Below, one piece after another: positions 1 through 8,083 of a stretch of DNA of 43,821 bases. A model generated the notes under the pieces. That model was not told the origin of the DNA, searched no databases, and worked only from the letters and a program-made list of their open reading frames with translations. This DNA is from a virus (lineage: Duplodnaviria; Caudoviricetes). The first letter of the stretch is position 1, and every line of letters starts with the position of its first letter. The stretch lies in IMG/VR virus record IMGVR_UViG_3300010398_000006, positions 1 through 43,821 of that record; one strand, 5' to 3'. The translations under genes and the position numbers were made by a program.

Positions 1-123
1 AGTTCATCGCCATCTTCACGCTCTCGAACCCGACCGCGGCGGTGCCGATCGCCAGGCCCTCCAGCGCCAACTTGCCGGCCGCGGCCATCTTGGTCATGGC
101 TGCCTGGAAGCCGCCCATCTCGG
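1..123. repeat. Terminal overlap identical to 43699-43821 (circular contig)
   Basis: Exact 123-nt match of the first and last bases; the tape-measure ORF reads through the join. Confidence 0.97.
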
Positions 124-202
124 ACTTGGCGTCGGCGATGCCGGCCTGGAACTTGTTCGCGTCAGCGATGATCTCGGCGACCACGGGCGGCAGGTACCCC
201 AT
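1..202 (-). CDS. Tape measure protein, 5' part (continues at 43698 down to 42113; about 595 aa in total)
   Basis: ATG at 202 gives MGYLPPVVAEIIADANKFQAGIADAKSEMGGFQ, in frame with ORF 42113..43816. Confidence 0.9.
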   Translation of the reverse strand, partial: MGYLPPVVAEIIADANKFQAGIADAKSEMGGFQAAMTKMAAAGKLALEGLAIGTAAVGFESVKMAMN

Positions 203-224
203 CAGGGCCATGGTCGCCTCCCGC

Positions 225-659
225 TCACTTGAGGACCGCCTCGGTCCAGGCGGTCTTGAACAGGTCCACGATCTCGTCCTTCAGCTCTTCGAAGGACGGC
301 CGCATGTACGGGCGCGCCGGCAGGGTCCGGCCGCGGGCAATGCCGCCGAGCTCCTGGATGCGCCCGTACACCGCGGTGGGGCCGACCTGCCCCTTCCACA
401 TCGACGGGCCGATCGCCTCGGGCCCGGTCACGGTGATCGAGCGGCGCAGGTTGCCGGTCACCAGCGCCGGCGGCTCCCCCGGGTTGGCCGGGGTCGGGGT
501 GCCGGGGCGGTGCGACTTCTGGCCGAGTTTCTGCTTCGCGCGGCGTTCGATCAAATGCAGCGCTTTCGCGGTCGCGTCCCGCGACGCCACCCGCATGGCC
601 GCGACCTTCGCGTCGGCGGCGGCCAGGAACTTCTCGACGCCATGCAGGACGACACTCAT
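225..659 (-). CDS. HK97 gp10-like neck/tail-completion protein
   Basis: TGNLRRSI, YGRIQELGG and PARPYMRP motifs; tail module position. Confidence 0.8.
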   Translation of the reverse strand: MSVVLHGVEKFLAAADAKVAAMRVASRDATAKALHLIERRAKQKLGQKSHRPGTPTPANPGEPPALVTGNLRRSITVTGPEAIGPSMWKGQVGPTAVYGRIQELGGIARGRTLPARPYMRPSFEELKDEIVDLFKTAWTEAVLK

Positions 660-900
660 CTGGCCGCCGCCTTCGCCTTCTCAGCCCGCACCTCGTCGAG
701 GACCGCCGCGTACGCGGGCAGTCGCTCGAGGTACCACTCAGGGTTCTCGTCGAGCGTCTGGCGGAACGTCCACCCGTACCGGTCGGCGAAGAACCCGTAC
801 GCGGCCGTGGCCTCCATCAGGGCGTCCTCGCGGCTGATCGGGTCGCGGACGCCCTGATCGCCCGACAGCAGGGCTTTCAGTCGCTGCCGGGCAGAGTAGG
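656..900 (-). CDS. Tail assembly chaperone, downstream (frameshifted) segment
   Basis: Open -1 frame overlapping the end of 877..1263; YGWTFRQTLDENPEWYLERL resembles gpGT-type C-terminal segments. Confidence 0.6.
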
Positions 901-1263
901 GGATCCAGGGCTCGTGTCGTCGATAGTGGCCTTCTTCGGCGGCGAAATGAGCTCGAGCACCGGCTGCAGGGCGGCCTCGAGGGCGTTGAGGTCGCGGGCC
1001 CGCAGCTTCTTCCACGCGGCCGGGTTGGCCTGCGGGGTGCGCGGGTCGCTGACGAACGGCTCGTACGGGATGTCCCACGTCTTTACGCCGATGCGCATGG
1101 CCTCGATCAGCAGCTTGTTCGTGGTCTCGCCGCCGGTGTCCTGCGTGGCGATCGTGCGGCGCAGGGCGTGCACGTCGGCGCCGGTGAGATCGTCGAGGTC
1201 AATGAACTCCACGCGCCCGCCGGATGGCAGGTCGAGTACCGGGATCTGGCTGGACTGGTCCAC
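877..1263 (-). CDS. Tail assembly chaperone
   Basis: 128 aa, directly after the major tail gene and before the tape measure. Confidence 0.7.
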   Translation of the reverse strand: MDQSSQIPVLDLPSGGRVEFIDLDDLTGADVHALRRTIATQDTGGETTNKLLIEAMRIGVKTWDIPYEPFVSDPRTPQANPAAWKKLRARDLNALEAALQPVLELISPPKKATIDDTSPGSPTLPGSD

Positions 1264-1279
1264 TATGGATGCTCCTGTC

Positions 1280-2299
1280 CTAGTAGGTGGCGGCCGCGGT
1301 GTTGTTCTTGAACGTGACCTTGATCGGTGACAGGCCGCCGGAGGCGCCGGCGTTGGTCGAGTTCATGACCGCCTTGAAGGTGGCGTCGTACCCGACCGCC
1401 TCCTGCCCGCGGTTGATCTTCACGGTCTGGTAGGCGGCGAGCTGGCAGTCGACCTGCAGGTTGCGGTTGTTGCCCAGGGTCAGCCCGTTGTCGACCACGA
1501 GCTGCAGCTGCGGCTGCGAGTTATTGATCAGGTAGGTCATGCTGTTCGACTCGTCGGCCGGGACGGAGAACATGAGCTTGCCCTCTACGTCGACCGGACC
1601 GCGGTAGATCACGAACGGGGTCTGCGCGTTCTGCAAGGTGTACTCGGCCTTCAGCGCCCGCTTGATCGTGATCTCCCACTCGCGGGCGGTCTTGACCTGG
1701 GTGCCGCCGGACGCGATGCCGCCCAAGCCGAGCGCGGTCCGCCACGCTCCGAACGGGGTGTCCGTTGATGTGGCCGGGGTCGGGGCGGCGCCGATGACCG
1801 ACGACGGCCACGCCAGGCCCTTGGCCGACCACATGATCAGGCTGGACTCGGCGTTGCCCTTCAGGGTGAGCTCGGACACGCACGCGCCCGGGTACACGCG
1901 GGCGAAGTTCGACGCGGACGGCGGCCCCTGCCAGTCCACCAGGGTGAGCGACCCCGGCTGGCCGGTGCCCGAGTTCAACAGGCTGATCGCGTGCACGTTC
2001 GGCGTCGACCCGGAGTCGGTGATGTCGCCGAGGATGTTGTTCACGAAGTATGGGCAGGTGTCGAAGAAGCACGGCCCTTCCAGGGACCATTCGACGACGC
2101 CGACGCCCTGGACCTCGCCGGCGAGGTTGGCCATCGATCCGCGGAAGCTCTGGTCGTCCAACCAGGTGTACTTGTCCTCGGGTTCAAACTTGTCCACGGG
2201 GATGGTCGCGGTGATGGGCGTGACCGCGGTGCCCTGCGTGGTTTCCTTCGCCAGCCCCAGGAACTGCTTGGCGCTGGGGTAGACCGTGGGGGTCGGCAT
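1280..2299 (-). CDS. Major tail (tube) protein
   Basis: 339 aa; N-terminal LGLAKETTQGTAVTP; synteny. Confidence 0.8.
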   Translation of the reverse strand: MPTPTVYPSAKQFLGLAKETTQGTAVTPITATIPVDKFEPEDKYTWLDDQSFRGSMANLAGEVQGVGVVEWSLEGPCFFDTCPYFVNNILGDITDSGSTPNVHAISLLNSGTGQPGSLTLVDWQGPPSASNFARVYPGACVSELTLKGNAESSLIMWSAKGLAWPSSVIGAAPTPATSTDTPFGAWRTALGLGGIASGGTQVKTAREWEITIKRALKAEYTLQNAQTPFVIYRGPVDVEGKLMFSVPADESNSMTYLINNSQPQLQLVVDNGLTLGNNRNLQVDCQLAAYQTVKINRGQEAVGYDATFKAVMNSTNAGASGGLSPIKVTFKNNTAAATY

Positions 2300-2302
2300 G
2301 GC

Positions 2303-2464
2303 TCACTCGCCTTCGTGGATCGTGCTTCCGCCGGCGAGCGCGCGGCGGTAGTTGTCGGCCTCGACCGCCGCCAGCTCGTCGACCGGCTCGACCGCCTGGT
2401 CGACCTCGGCGGCGTCGAGCTCGGTGCTGGCCTGGACGTCGGCTGGCGAGGTCGTGGTGGGCAT
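2303..2464 (-). CDS. Small acidic protein, 53 aa (MPTTTSPADVQ...IHEGE), below the ORF-track cutoff
   Basis: AAGGGGG RBS before ATG; fills the gap between two tail genes. Confidence 0.65.
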   Translation of the reverse strand: MPTTTSPADVQASTELDAAEVDQAVEPVDELAAVEADNYRRALAGGSTIHEGE

Positions 2465-2476
2465 GACGGTCCCCTT

Positions 2477-3019
2477 CTAAGCGACGTCGTACGCGTGGGC
2501 TTCGAATTGGATGAGCAGATACGCCTTGGTGCCTTCGGCCTCGGTGGCGCCCTGCTCCATGTGGGTGGCGATCTCGCCGCCGCCGTCTTCCGACCCTTCG
2601 CCGACCTGGAAGGCGTTGTTCTCGATGCCGCCGGTGCCCAGCGTCGGGTCGGTGCGGATCCTGGCGATGATGGCGTCGCGCAGCGTGTACACGAAGTCCT
2701 GGCAGTCCTCCGCATACGCAGCCTTGGACCAGATGAAGCAGTGCAGGTCGATGCCGTAGTGCACCTTCCGGCGGCCCTGGATGGCCGGCAGGGCCACCCG
2801 GCGATCACGGGTGTCCGGGATCTGCACGACCATCTGGCATCCGGTCGCCGTGCCCACGGTCTGGCCGGCGAAGTAGTCGGCGAAGTCGTCCCGCTTCGCC
2901 CACGCGCGCCGCACCACGGACAACCCGGCCACCGCCGGCGAGCGGTACGTGTGCGTGGCCGCGTCGTACGCGCCGCCGAAGAACTGGCACACCTGGTCGA
3001 TGACCGTGGCGGTGGTCAC
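2477..3019 (-). CDS. Tail terminator/neck protein
   Basis: GTG start overlaps the upstream TGA (GTGA); IRTDPTLG motif; synteny. Confidence 0.65.
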   Translation of the reverse strand: MTTATVIDQVCQFFGGAYDAATHTYRSPAVAGLSVVRRAWAKRDDFADYFAGQTVGTATGCQMVVQIPDTRDRRVALPAIQGRRKVHYGIDLHCFIWSKAAYAEDCQDFVYTLRDAIIARIRTDPTLGTGGIENNAFQVGEGSEDGGGEIATHMEQGATEAEGTKAYLLIQFEAHAYDVA

Positions 3020-3918
3020 CGCACACGCCGGTAGCTGAGCAGGAGCCGCATCGCCTTCTGCTCCCACGCCGAGGCGTCCTCGGCCTTCTTCCCGGTGGCC
3101 GACTTGACCCGGGCGCCGGGCCAGTTCGCAGATGACGTGCCCCACCGTTGCAGCCCGTCCACGGTCAGGTAGATCGTGGCGAGCAGCAGGTCCTCGTCGA
3201 AGCCGGTCACCCCGGCGCCCGCGGTGTGCGCGAACTGGGTCGTACCGACAAGCGGGATCGTGGCCGACGTGAAGGGATACGTGTTCTGTCCGGCCCAGCT
3301 CGAACCGACTACCACCGACTCTTCCTTACCCGGCTCCCAGATGCGCAGCGTGTCACCGGCGAAGATGCCGGTCGGGTTGGCCACCTGAATGTTGCTCGCG
3401 CCACCGGCTGGCGAGTTGATCAGGACCGTGTTGGCGAAGGCGGCCACATAGGTGAACGAGGTAAACAACTCCTGCGAGGTGGACGGTGCACCAAGCTGGA
3501 GCGAACCGGACCAGGCCACGCTGCTGCCACCTACGTCGACGGTCACATGCCGGCCGTCCTCGATCCAGAACGGCGGCGTGCTGATGCTGGTGGCGATCGA
3601 ACTCGGACCGGTCTGGTACGAGTAAGACAGCACCGTGCGGACCGGACCGTGGTCGGCGAACAGGTGCAACCGGCCCCAGCGGTCCACGAACAGCCGCCGG
3701 TTGTCGGTCTGCAGATGCGCCTGGAGCGGCTGGTTGCAGAAATTCTCGGCGTACGCCGAGCCCATCAGCAGACAGTTGAACAGTTCAGCGTCCTGGTCGG
3801 CTTGGCTGCTGTCGCCGGATCGCAGGTTGGCCAGGTCGAGGTACGTCGGGTGGGCCTTGAATGTGGGGACGGTGACGAACGGTACGACCAGCTTCGAGTC
3901 CTGCGCGAACACCGTCAC
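3016..3918 (-). CDS. Head-to-tail adaptor/connector
   Basis: AENFCNQPL N-terminal motif and LLSYRRVR C-terminus typical of adaptors; synteny. Confidence 0.65.
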   Translation of the reverse strand: MTVFAQDSKLVVPFVTVPTFKAHPTYLDLANLRSGDSSQADQDAELFNCLLMGSAYAENFCNQPLQAHLQTDNRRLFVDRWGRLHLFADHGPVRTVLSYSYQTGPSSIATSISTPPFWIEDGRHVTVDVGGSSVAWSGSLQLGAPSTSQELFTSFTYVAAFANTVLINSPAGGASNIQVANPTGIFAGDTLRIWEPGKEESVVVGSSWAGQNTYPFTSATIPLVGTTQFAHTAGAGVTGFDEDLLLATIYLTVDGLQRWGTSSANWPGARVKSATGKKAEDASAWEQKAMRLLLSYRRVR

Positions 3919-3929
3919 CGGTCAGTCCC

Positions 3930-4226
3930 TCACTCGGTCGGCGGGGGCTGCTTGGAGTTGAGCAGGGCGAGCAGCTCGTCCTCGGACAGTTCAGCCAGCC
4001 ACGCGGCCTTCTGGTCCTCCGGCGAGAGCTGCGCCCGCGGTTCGCCGCCCGCCGCCGGGCTGTCGAAGTCGTTGGCGAGATCCCACGTCCCGTGCTCGCA
4101 GCTCCAGGCCGTGTAGTCGGGGTGCACCTCGTACTGGCCGCATTCCGAGCACAGTTCGGACAGGTGCACCGGACGCGGCGGTTTGACCACAACGCCGGCC
4201 TCGTCGGTCTTCTTCCTCGGTGGCAT
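3930..4226 (-). CDS. Hypothetical protein with CxxC...CxH zinc-ribbon-like motif
   Basis: MPPRKK start coupled to the upstream stop; CSECG and CEHG. Confidence 0.6.
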   Translation of the reverse strand: MPPRKKTDEAGVVVKPPRPVHLSELCSECGQYEVHPDYTAWSCEHGTWDLANDFDSPAAGGEPRAQLSPEDQKAAWLAELSEDELLALLNSKQPPPTE

Positions 4227-4477
4227 CAGATCTCCTCGCACTTTCCGCAGCGGCGGAACCAGTTACGCCGGCCGCACCTGTCACAGGTGAAGCCGGCCTT
4301 GATGTGGGCGGTCGGCCCAGCCGTGTTCGCCGGCACGGCCACGCCCTCACGCACCATCGTGCGCGCGTCGGCCTGCGGAACCTCCATGGTGCCGTCGCGG
4401 CGCTTGTCGTAGGTGCGCAGCCCACGCTCGCTGTTGATCTGGAGCGAGTAGGCACCGTCGAGCGGCAGCATGCGCAT
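4226..4477 (-). CDS. Small zinc-ribbon protein
   Basis: GGAGG RBS; C-terminal CDRCG...CGKC. Confidence 0.65.
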   Translation of the reverse strand: MRMLPLDGAYSLQINSERGLRTYDKRRDGTMEVPQADARTMVREGVAVPANTAGPTAHIKAGFTCDRCGRRNWFRRCGKCEEI

Positions 4478-4541
4478 GATGGCCTCCTCGCGCGATCCGG
4501 CCGCGGACCCATGGGGGTTCCGCGGCCGGGGGCGACGCGCG

Positions 4542-6329
4542 CTATCGGGTGTTCTGGATGCCGACGACCGACCCGCACCACGCCGGCGCGTAGCAGATCA
4601 GCGCGCCGAACCAGTACGTGGAAGTGTCGTAGCTGAACTGGTTGACCGGCCAGTCGACGCCCATCATGTCCTGCACGTTGTAGACGGCGAAGACGCTGTC
4701 CACGTTGCTGTCCGGGATGTCGAGCTGGTCGGAGAGGATCAGCGAGTTGCCCTGCATCATCCACGGGTGGACCTCGAGCGGGACGATACCGCCGGCGGCC
4801 TCGTTCTGGATCTGGCTGACCAACGCACCCATGGTGAACCCGCCAGTGTCGGACTGGTCGATGCGCAGCTGGTAGTTCGACGCCGCGGTGCCCTTGATCG
4901 CGTCGGAGAGCTGCACCCGGTCCTGCGCGGCCATCAGGATGCGATCCGGGGTCGCCTTCACCGCCAGGTACAGCGCGGCGAAAGCGGTCTGGTACTCAAC
5001 GCCTGGGTTGCTGGTGCTGAACGGGGCGTTCAGCTTCGTGGTGTACCCGGCGCTGGCCCCGGTGCAGTAGGCCAGAATGCCGTCGTACTCGGTCGCCAGC
5101 GCCGACCCGCCGTCGGCCGCGGTCAGGTTGACCACCGCGCCGGTCGTGGTGGTGTATGCGGTCGGCACCACGCCGGAGGTCGGGATGGTGCCCTGGATGG
5201 TCAGCTTGTTGAAGCCGGACCGTCCGTTGTAGATGGTGCCTGCGGTCGTGGTGTAGAGGAACCGGGACGCATCGCCCGGGTCCGCGCCGGCGGCCAGGGA
5301 GATGAACACCCGCGCGCCGGTGGCACCGGCGGGCAGGGTGTAGGTGACGTCGACGACCTGGCCCGTGGTGTACGCACCCGCGGCGGAGGCGGCGGTGGCC
5401 TGGGACACGCCCAGGTCGCCCATCTCGGCTACGACCCGCACGTACAGGTTGCCCGAGGCGTTGGTGATGCCGACCTCGGGGGCGACGACGGAACGGCCGG
5501 CCGACACGGCCACACCGGTGGGTGCGGCGAGGATGCCGGAGTAGCCGGTCAGGGTGCCCCGGCCGTGCAGCAGGGTGCGCTCCTCGACCAGCATCGAGGC
5601 CCACAGCACCGAGTTGCGCGAGAGCGACCGGATGTCCTGGTAGCCCTGGCCGGCGTACTGCGTCGACCACGACACCTCGTCGGAGAGCGAGAACTGGATG
5701 TACGGCAGGATCTGCGTGTCACCGGCGTACGCGATCTTCGGGCCCCGGTTGTAGAACAGGTTGTTGCTCGAGCTGGGGTTGGCGAAGTTGGTCTGTGTCG
5801 CGTCGGTGATGCCGGCCCGGGTGATGCCGACGCCGCCGGTGCCGGTGCCGGTGATCCCGGTGATTCGCTTGAACTGGTGGTTGATACCGACGCCGCGGCG
5901 GCGCGGTAGCCGGTTGCGCAACGGGGTGGGCCGAGGGGTGAGCATCTTCGCCGGGGCTTCGAGGTCGTAGGCGACCAGGCCGGCAGCCACGGGTGAGGTG
6001 AGCGAGATGTCCTTGGTCAGGTCCGGGACCGAGGTCCGCATCGCGGCCAGGGCCGACGTGAGCGAGGCCAGCCCGTCCGGGGACAGGGCCTTGGTGATGT
6101 CCGGCAGCCCGGCCGCCTGGGCCAGGATGTCGTACGGGGTGCGGGGCGCCGCGGCGGCGGAGAAGTCGATTCCACGGCCGGACTGGTGCGGCATCGGGGT
6201 GTTGCGGTCCAGTGTGACCGTGGGGGCCGCGTCGAGCTTGGCGACGTACTCGTCGCGCATGCGGGACTTCTCGGCCGGGGACAGAGTGGGATCGGCGAAC
6301 AGTACGTCAACCGGGGGGATCGAAGCCAT
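4542..6329 (-). CDS. Major capsid protein with internal beta-rich insertion
   Basis: 595 aa after the protease; YDLEAPAKMLTPRPTPLRNRLPR and VHPWM motifs. Confidence 0.8.
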   Translation of the reverse strand: MASIPPVDVLFADPTLSPAEKSRMRDEYVAKLDAAPTVTLDRNTPMPHQSGRGIDFSAAAAPRTPYDILAQAAGLPDITKALSPDGLASLTSALAAMRTSVPDLTKDISLTSPVAAGLVAYDLEAPAKMLTPRPTPLRNRLPRRRGVGINHQFKRITGITGTGTGGVGITRAGITDATQTNFANPSSSNNLFYNRGPKIAYAGDTQILPYIQFSLSDEVSWSTQYAGQGYQDIRSLSRNSVLWASMLVEERTLLHGRGTLTGYSGILAAPTGVAVSAGRSVVAPEVGITNASGNLYVRVVAEMGDLGVSQATAASAAGAYTTGQVVDVTYTLPAGATGARVFISLAAGADPGDASRFLYTTTAGTIYNGRSGFNKLTIQGTIPTSGVVPTAYTTTTGAVVNLTAADGGSALATEYDGILAYCTGASAGYTTKLNAPFSTSNPGVEYQTAFAALYLAVKATPDRILMAAQDRVQLSDAIKGTAASNYQLRIDQSDTGGFTMGALVSQIQNEAAGGIVPLEVHPWMMQGNSLILSDQLDIPDSNVDSVFAVYNVQDMMGVDWPVNQFSYDTSTYWFGALICYAPAWCGSVVGIQNTR

Positions 6330-6356
6330 GATCAGGGTTTCCTTCGCGGGAAGGCC

Positions 6357-7757
6357 CTAGGCGTCGGCTTTGGCCATCAGGTCGTTGGCGCGTTCGCGGT
6401 AGCCCAGCGACAGTGTGGGGTCCTCGCGGCGAACCATGTCGGCCTTGGCTAGCAGCTCGGCGGCCTGGGCGCGCAGAGAAGCGGCGTCAGCTCCACGAGC
6501 CGCCGCAGTCTGCGATGCGGTACGCATCGCGACCGGGCCTCCCGGCTCGGGCATGGCCAGCGCCTTCGCCGTGTCCGCCTTTACGAGCGCGAGCTCGTCC
6601 CGTAGCGGCTTCACGGCCTCTGCAACAGCCGCTTTCACCATATCAGCGATGGCCGGGGTGTCGACCTTGGTCAGTTCCGGCGTTTCGGCCTTGTCGCCCA
6701 TGTACACGTCTCCGTTCATGTTCATCGAGTCCGCCACCTGGGAGGCGCCCGGGTTCGGTTCCATCTCCTTCTCCTCGCAGGAGATGAAGTACTTGAGCGC
6801 CCGCACCGCGTCGAGTAGGCAGGCGATGTCGGCGTCCTCGCCGAGCTGCCCGGCGGCGAGGGAGGCGGCCTCGGAGGAGACCAGTTTGGCGATCAGCGCG
6901 ATGGCCTGCTGGGCGGTGGCGATGTCGGAGGCCTCGTCCTGCTTGGTCAGGTTCGGCACCAGTAGCCGCATTTCGGCCAGCACGGCGTCAGCCTTGGCCA
7001 CGCCCCATTCATCGGGCAGCAGGTTGGTCAGCCCGAGCGCGCGGGCCCGCGAAACGATGTGCGCCTTCGCCGCGGCCTTGTCGCCGGTGTAGTTGCCGAG
7101 GTGGCCGATCGCAGAGCGCAGGTGGCCTTCGTCTGGGATGGGGAAGTCGCCGTTGGGCATGGCGACACCGGAGGAGGCCATCCGGTTGCGGGCGGCGGCG
7201 TTGATCGCCTTGTCCAGGTCGGGCTCGGCCTCCGCGTCGTCGGCCTCAGTTTCCTCGACTTCTGGGGCCGGTACGTCCTCCAGTTCGCCGGCCGCGTCGG
7301 CCTTCACCATCGTGAACGTGGTCCGCGGATTCGCCGGCCGGTCCACAAGGGACACCTCGACGATGCTGCCGCCGATCACCTCACCGTTCGGGGCGTCCGC
7401 CTTCCCGAAGTTGATCTGCGGGTCCTTGATCCCAACGCTGAAGCCCTTCAGCACCCCGGTCTGGACCTTCTTCACCGCGACCGGGTCCACCACGCGGGCG
7501 GTCAGGTTGTGCGTTCCGCTGTCGGATCGGGTCAGGCCGACGGCGACGCCGACGGCGCGGGTGGGCAGGTGCTGCTCGCGCACGTTGCCGCCCTCGGCCA
7601 TCCACGCCGGCATCGCCTTGTCCAACCAGTCCTGGGACAGGCGCTGCCGGTCGCGGTCCACGCCGGCGTCGGTGGCGGGCCCGTGCACCAGCACGGTGCC
7701 GTCGTCCTGGTCCTCGACCTTGGTGATCGGTGCCCACGCGTAGGCGGTCGTGGTCAT
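6357..7757 (-). CDS. Prohead protease/scaffold fusion
   Basis: VREQH, LKGFSVG and EVSLVDRPANP protease motifs; helical C-terminal part. Confidence 0.85.
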   Translation of the reverse strand: MTTTAYAWAPITKVEDQDDGTVLVHGPATDAGVDRDRQRLSQDWLDKAMPAWMAEGGNVREQHLPTRAVGVAVGLTRSDSGTHNLTARVVDPVAVKKVQTGVLKGFSVGIKDPQINFGKADAPNGEVIGGSIVEVSLVDRPANPRTTFTMVKADAAGELEDVPAPEVEETEADDAEAEPDLDKAINAAARNRMASSGVAMPNGDFPIPDEGHLRSAIGHLGNYTGDKAAAKAHIVSRARALGLTNLLPDEWGVAKADAVLAEMRLLVPNLTKQDEASDIATAQQAIALIAKLVSSEAASLAAGQLGEDADIACLLDAVRALKYFISCEEKEMEPNPGASQVADSMNMNGDVYMGDKAETPELTKVDTPAIADMVKAAVAEAVKPLRDELALVKADTAKALAMPEPGGPVAMRTASQTAAARGADAASLRAQAAELLAKADMVRREDPTLSLGYRERANDLMAKADA

Positions 7758-7792
7758 GATGGTGGGCCTCTCGGTGGGTCATACTCGCGGGT

Positions 7793-7948
7793 ATGGCGGA
7801 AGAGCCGACGGTGGTCGGCGAGCAGGTGATCTGGGTCGACGCCCACGGTGACGTCACGCAGGACAAGGCGGCCGCGGTGCGCGGCGAGGTGCTGCAAACC
7901 CTGTCCGACGGGACGACCCGGTCAACCCTGTTCGTGATCGAGGGCTGA
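7793..7948 (+). CDS. Antisense small protein, 51 aa (MAEEPTVVGEQVIWVD...LFVIEG), possibly leaderless
   Basis: -10-like CATACT 7 nt before ATG; GC-biased third codon positions. Confidence 0.55.
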   Translation: MAEEPTVVGEQVIWVDAHGDVTQDKAAAVRGEVLQTLSDGTTRSTLFVIEG

Positions 7949-8083
7949 GCGCTCGGCCCGGTCAATCTCGTCGGCCAGTTGCTCGTCGGCCGGCCGCAAG
8001 ATCTCCACCGGGCCGCCGCCGTCGTCGCCGGCGATGCGGCGCCGCGCTTCCTCGCGCTCGTCTGGGGTTTCGGGCTCGGTCAC
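7922..8083 (-). CDS. Small acidic protein, 53 aa, coupled to MuF-ART; candidate immunity protein
   Basis: GTG start overlaps the MuF stop (GTGA); VTEPETPDEREEARRRIAGDD...HEQG. Confidence 0.55.
   Translation of the reverse strand: MTEPETPDEREEARRRIAGDDGGGPVEILRPADEQLADEIDRAERSALDHEQG

Noticed and set aside
1-123. Biological direct terminal repeat
   Set aside because: It falls mid-gene in the tape measure and is best explained as assembler overlap of a circular sequence
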